From a virus (lineage: Duplodnaviria > Caudoviricetes): 64,000 nucleotides of DNA. Numbering within the stretch: position 1 is the stretch's first letter; the number at the start of each line of letters is the position of its first letter. The translations under genes and the position numbers were made by a program. Positions 63,087 through 64,000 of this stretch are shown piece by piece. The DNA is taken from the IMG/VR virus record IMGVR_UViG_2928552194_000001, positions 853-64,852 of that record. The stretch is one strand, 5' to 3'. The notes under the pieces were generated by a model. The model searched no databases. It was not told the DNA's origin and saw only the letters and a list, made by a program, of their open reading frames with translations.

Positions 63087-64000
63087 TCCAAGAACTACAG
63101 ACAGCCCCAACCCGGGCAGGCTGGCAGGATATGTCGTTTGCAAAGGCCATGACGGCCTACATCGACAGCGGCAAGGATACCCGCTTCCTCGATAGGCTTC
63201 TTGAGCATTTTCAAGAAACGAGGCTTGGTGACATCGACAATGTGGCGATGACACGCGCGGCGAACGCGATTTATCCCGGCCGTGCGCCGGCCACGATCCG
63301 TCGACATCTCTATGTGCCGGTATCCGCCATTATCAATTTTGTGAAAGACGACAAACTACGGGCGCCAAAGGGCGGCGGCGCCAGGACGATGTTCGTCATG
63401 CCCGCTCTGGCCGACGCAATCATCCAGGCAGCAACAACCCAACCCAGCCCTTGGCTGCCGGCTCTGATTACATTCTGGTTTGGTCAGGGCACCCGTGCCG
63501 GTGAGACTTTCGCCATCGATGGGCGCGACGATGTCAGCCTTCAAGGACGATGGGCAATGCTTCGCGATCCCAAAAACGGACATGAGAGGAGGGTGACCTT
63601 GCAGCCGCGGGTGGTTGCAGCCCTATCGGTTCTTCCAAATATCGGTGAGCCTGGGCCACTGTTCCGTCGGTTCGATGGCAAAGCCTTCACCGAGAAGGTG
63701 GGCAGAGGAGGTCAGGTCAGAACGGCTTTCGCGCGAGCCGTTGAGAACGGCGGCGGCGATCCCAAGGTCATCACTCCTCATGTATGCCGCCATTCGTGGG
63801 CAACATGGTTCTACGCGCAGACGAAGGACACGCTGCGCCTGAAGGAGGAAGGTGGGTGGCTTTCAAACGAGCATGAGCGCTACGTGAAACTCGGAACGCC
63901 GGAGATCGGCGCCGAGGCGTTTACGAAGGGCTGGGATTTCACAACTGTGGGGGAAAATTGGGGTAAAGTCGTTCCGCTTGTAGCAAAAACAAGTGCTTAA
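62957..64000 (+). CDS. int: Tyrosine integrase
   Basis: GTRAGE (Arg), PKNG (Lys), HVCRHSWAT (H-x-x-R), GGW and RY (Tyr). Confidence 0.95.
   Translation: MLTLTKRPKSPYWIARGTFNGIRVERSTGETSKPEARKKLAEIIQELQTAPTRAGWQDMSFAKAMTAYIDSGKDTRFLDRLLEHFQETRLGDIDNVAMTRAANAIYPGRAPATIRRHLYVPVSAIINFVKDDKLRAPKGGGARTMFVMPALADAIIQAATTQPSPWLPALITFWFGQGTRAGETFAIDGRDDVSLQGRWAMLRDPKNGHERRVTLQPRVVAALSVLPNIGEPGPLFRRFDGKAFTEKVGRGGQVRTAFARAVENGGGDPKVITPHVCRHSWATWFYAQTKDTLRLKEEGGWLSNEHERYVKLGTPEIGAEAFTKGWDFTTVGENWGKVVPLVAKTSA
63947..63999 (+). other. att-arm motif and IHF-like site inside the int 3' end
   Basis: GTGGGGGAAAATTGGGG (63947-63963) matches 13084-13100; AAACAAGTGCTTA (63987-63999) has one mismatch to WATCAANNNNTTR. 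Confidence 0.6.

Larger units (their letters stand above)
12986..64000. mobile_element. Apparently complete temperate siphophage prophage (~51 kb; right att beyond window)
   Basis: Full lysis, tail, head, terminase, cro/cI, recombination, xis and int set; shared 17-bp motif near both ends. Confidence 0.93.

Overview
Alphaproteobacterial (Rhizobiales-like) DNA made almost entirely of two prophage elements meeting at a tRNA-Ser(GCT) gene (12895-12985, minus strand). Left (1-12830): a very GC-rich, headless remnant of a GTA-related siphophage tail/lysis module with a ParDE toxin-antitoxin pair, cut off next to the tRNA 3' end. Right (~12986-64000): an apparently complete ~51 kb temperate siphophage. 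It contains a LexA-boxed SRAP cassette, lysis genes, an SGNH tailspike, tail/head/terminase genes, DnaB, three DNA methyltransferases, a cro/cI switch, a DUF4258-HTH TA pair, RecE/RecT-like recombination genes, xis and a tyrosine integrase ending at the window edge. The most intriguing signal is that I recognise no replication initiator, primase or polymerase in this phage. It does carry a ~550-nt, hairpin-rich, apparently non-coding region under a predicted operator-overlapped promoter, opposed by a predicted ~55-nt antisense RNA. This is a ColE1 RNAII/RNAI-like layout and a candidate RNA-controlled phage replicon. Other leads: a catalytically altered stand-alone copy of the CI peptidase domain, apparent integration at the 5' side of the tRNA with a LexA box beside the putative integrase arm site, and gene cassettes bounded by exact direct repeats. 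All calls come from reading motifs and synteny by eye; no database searches were run.
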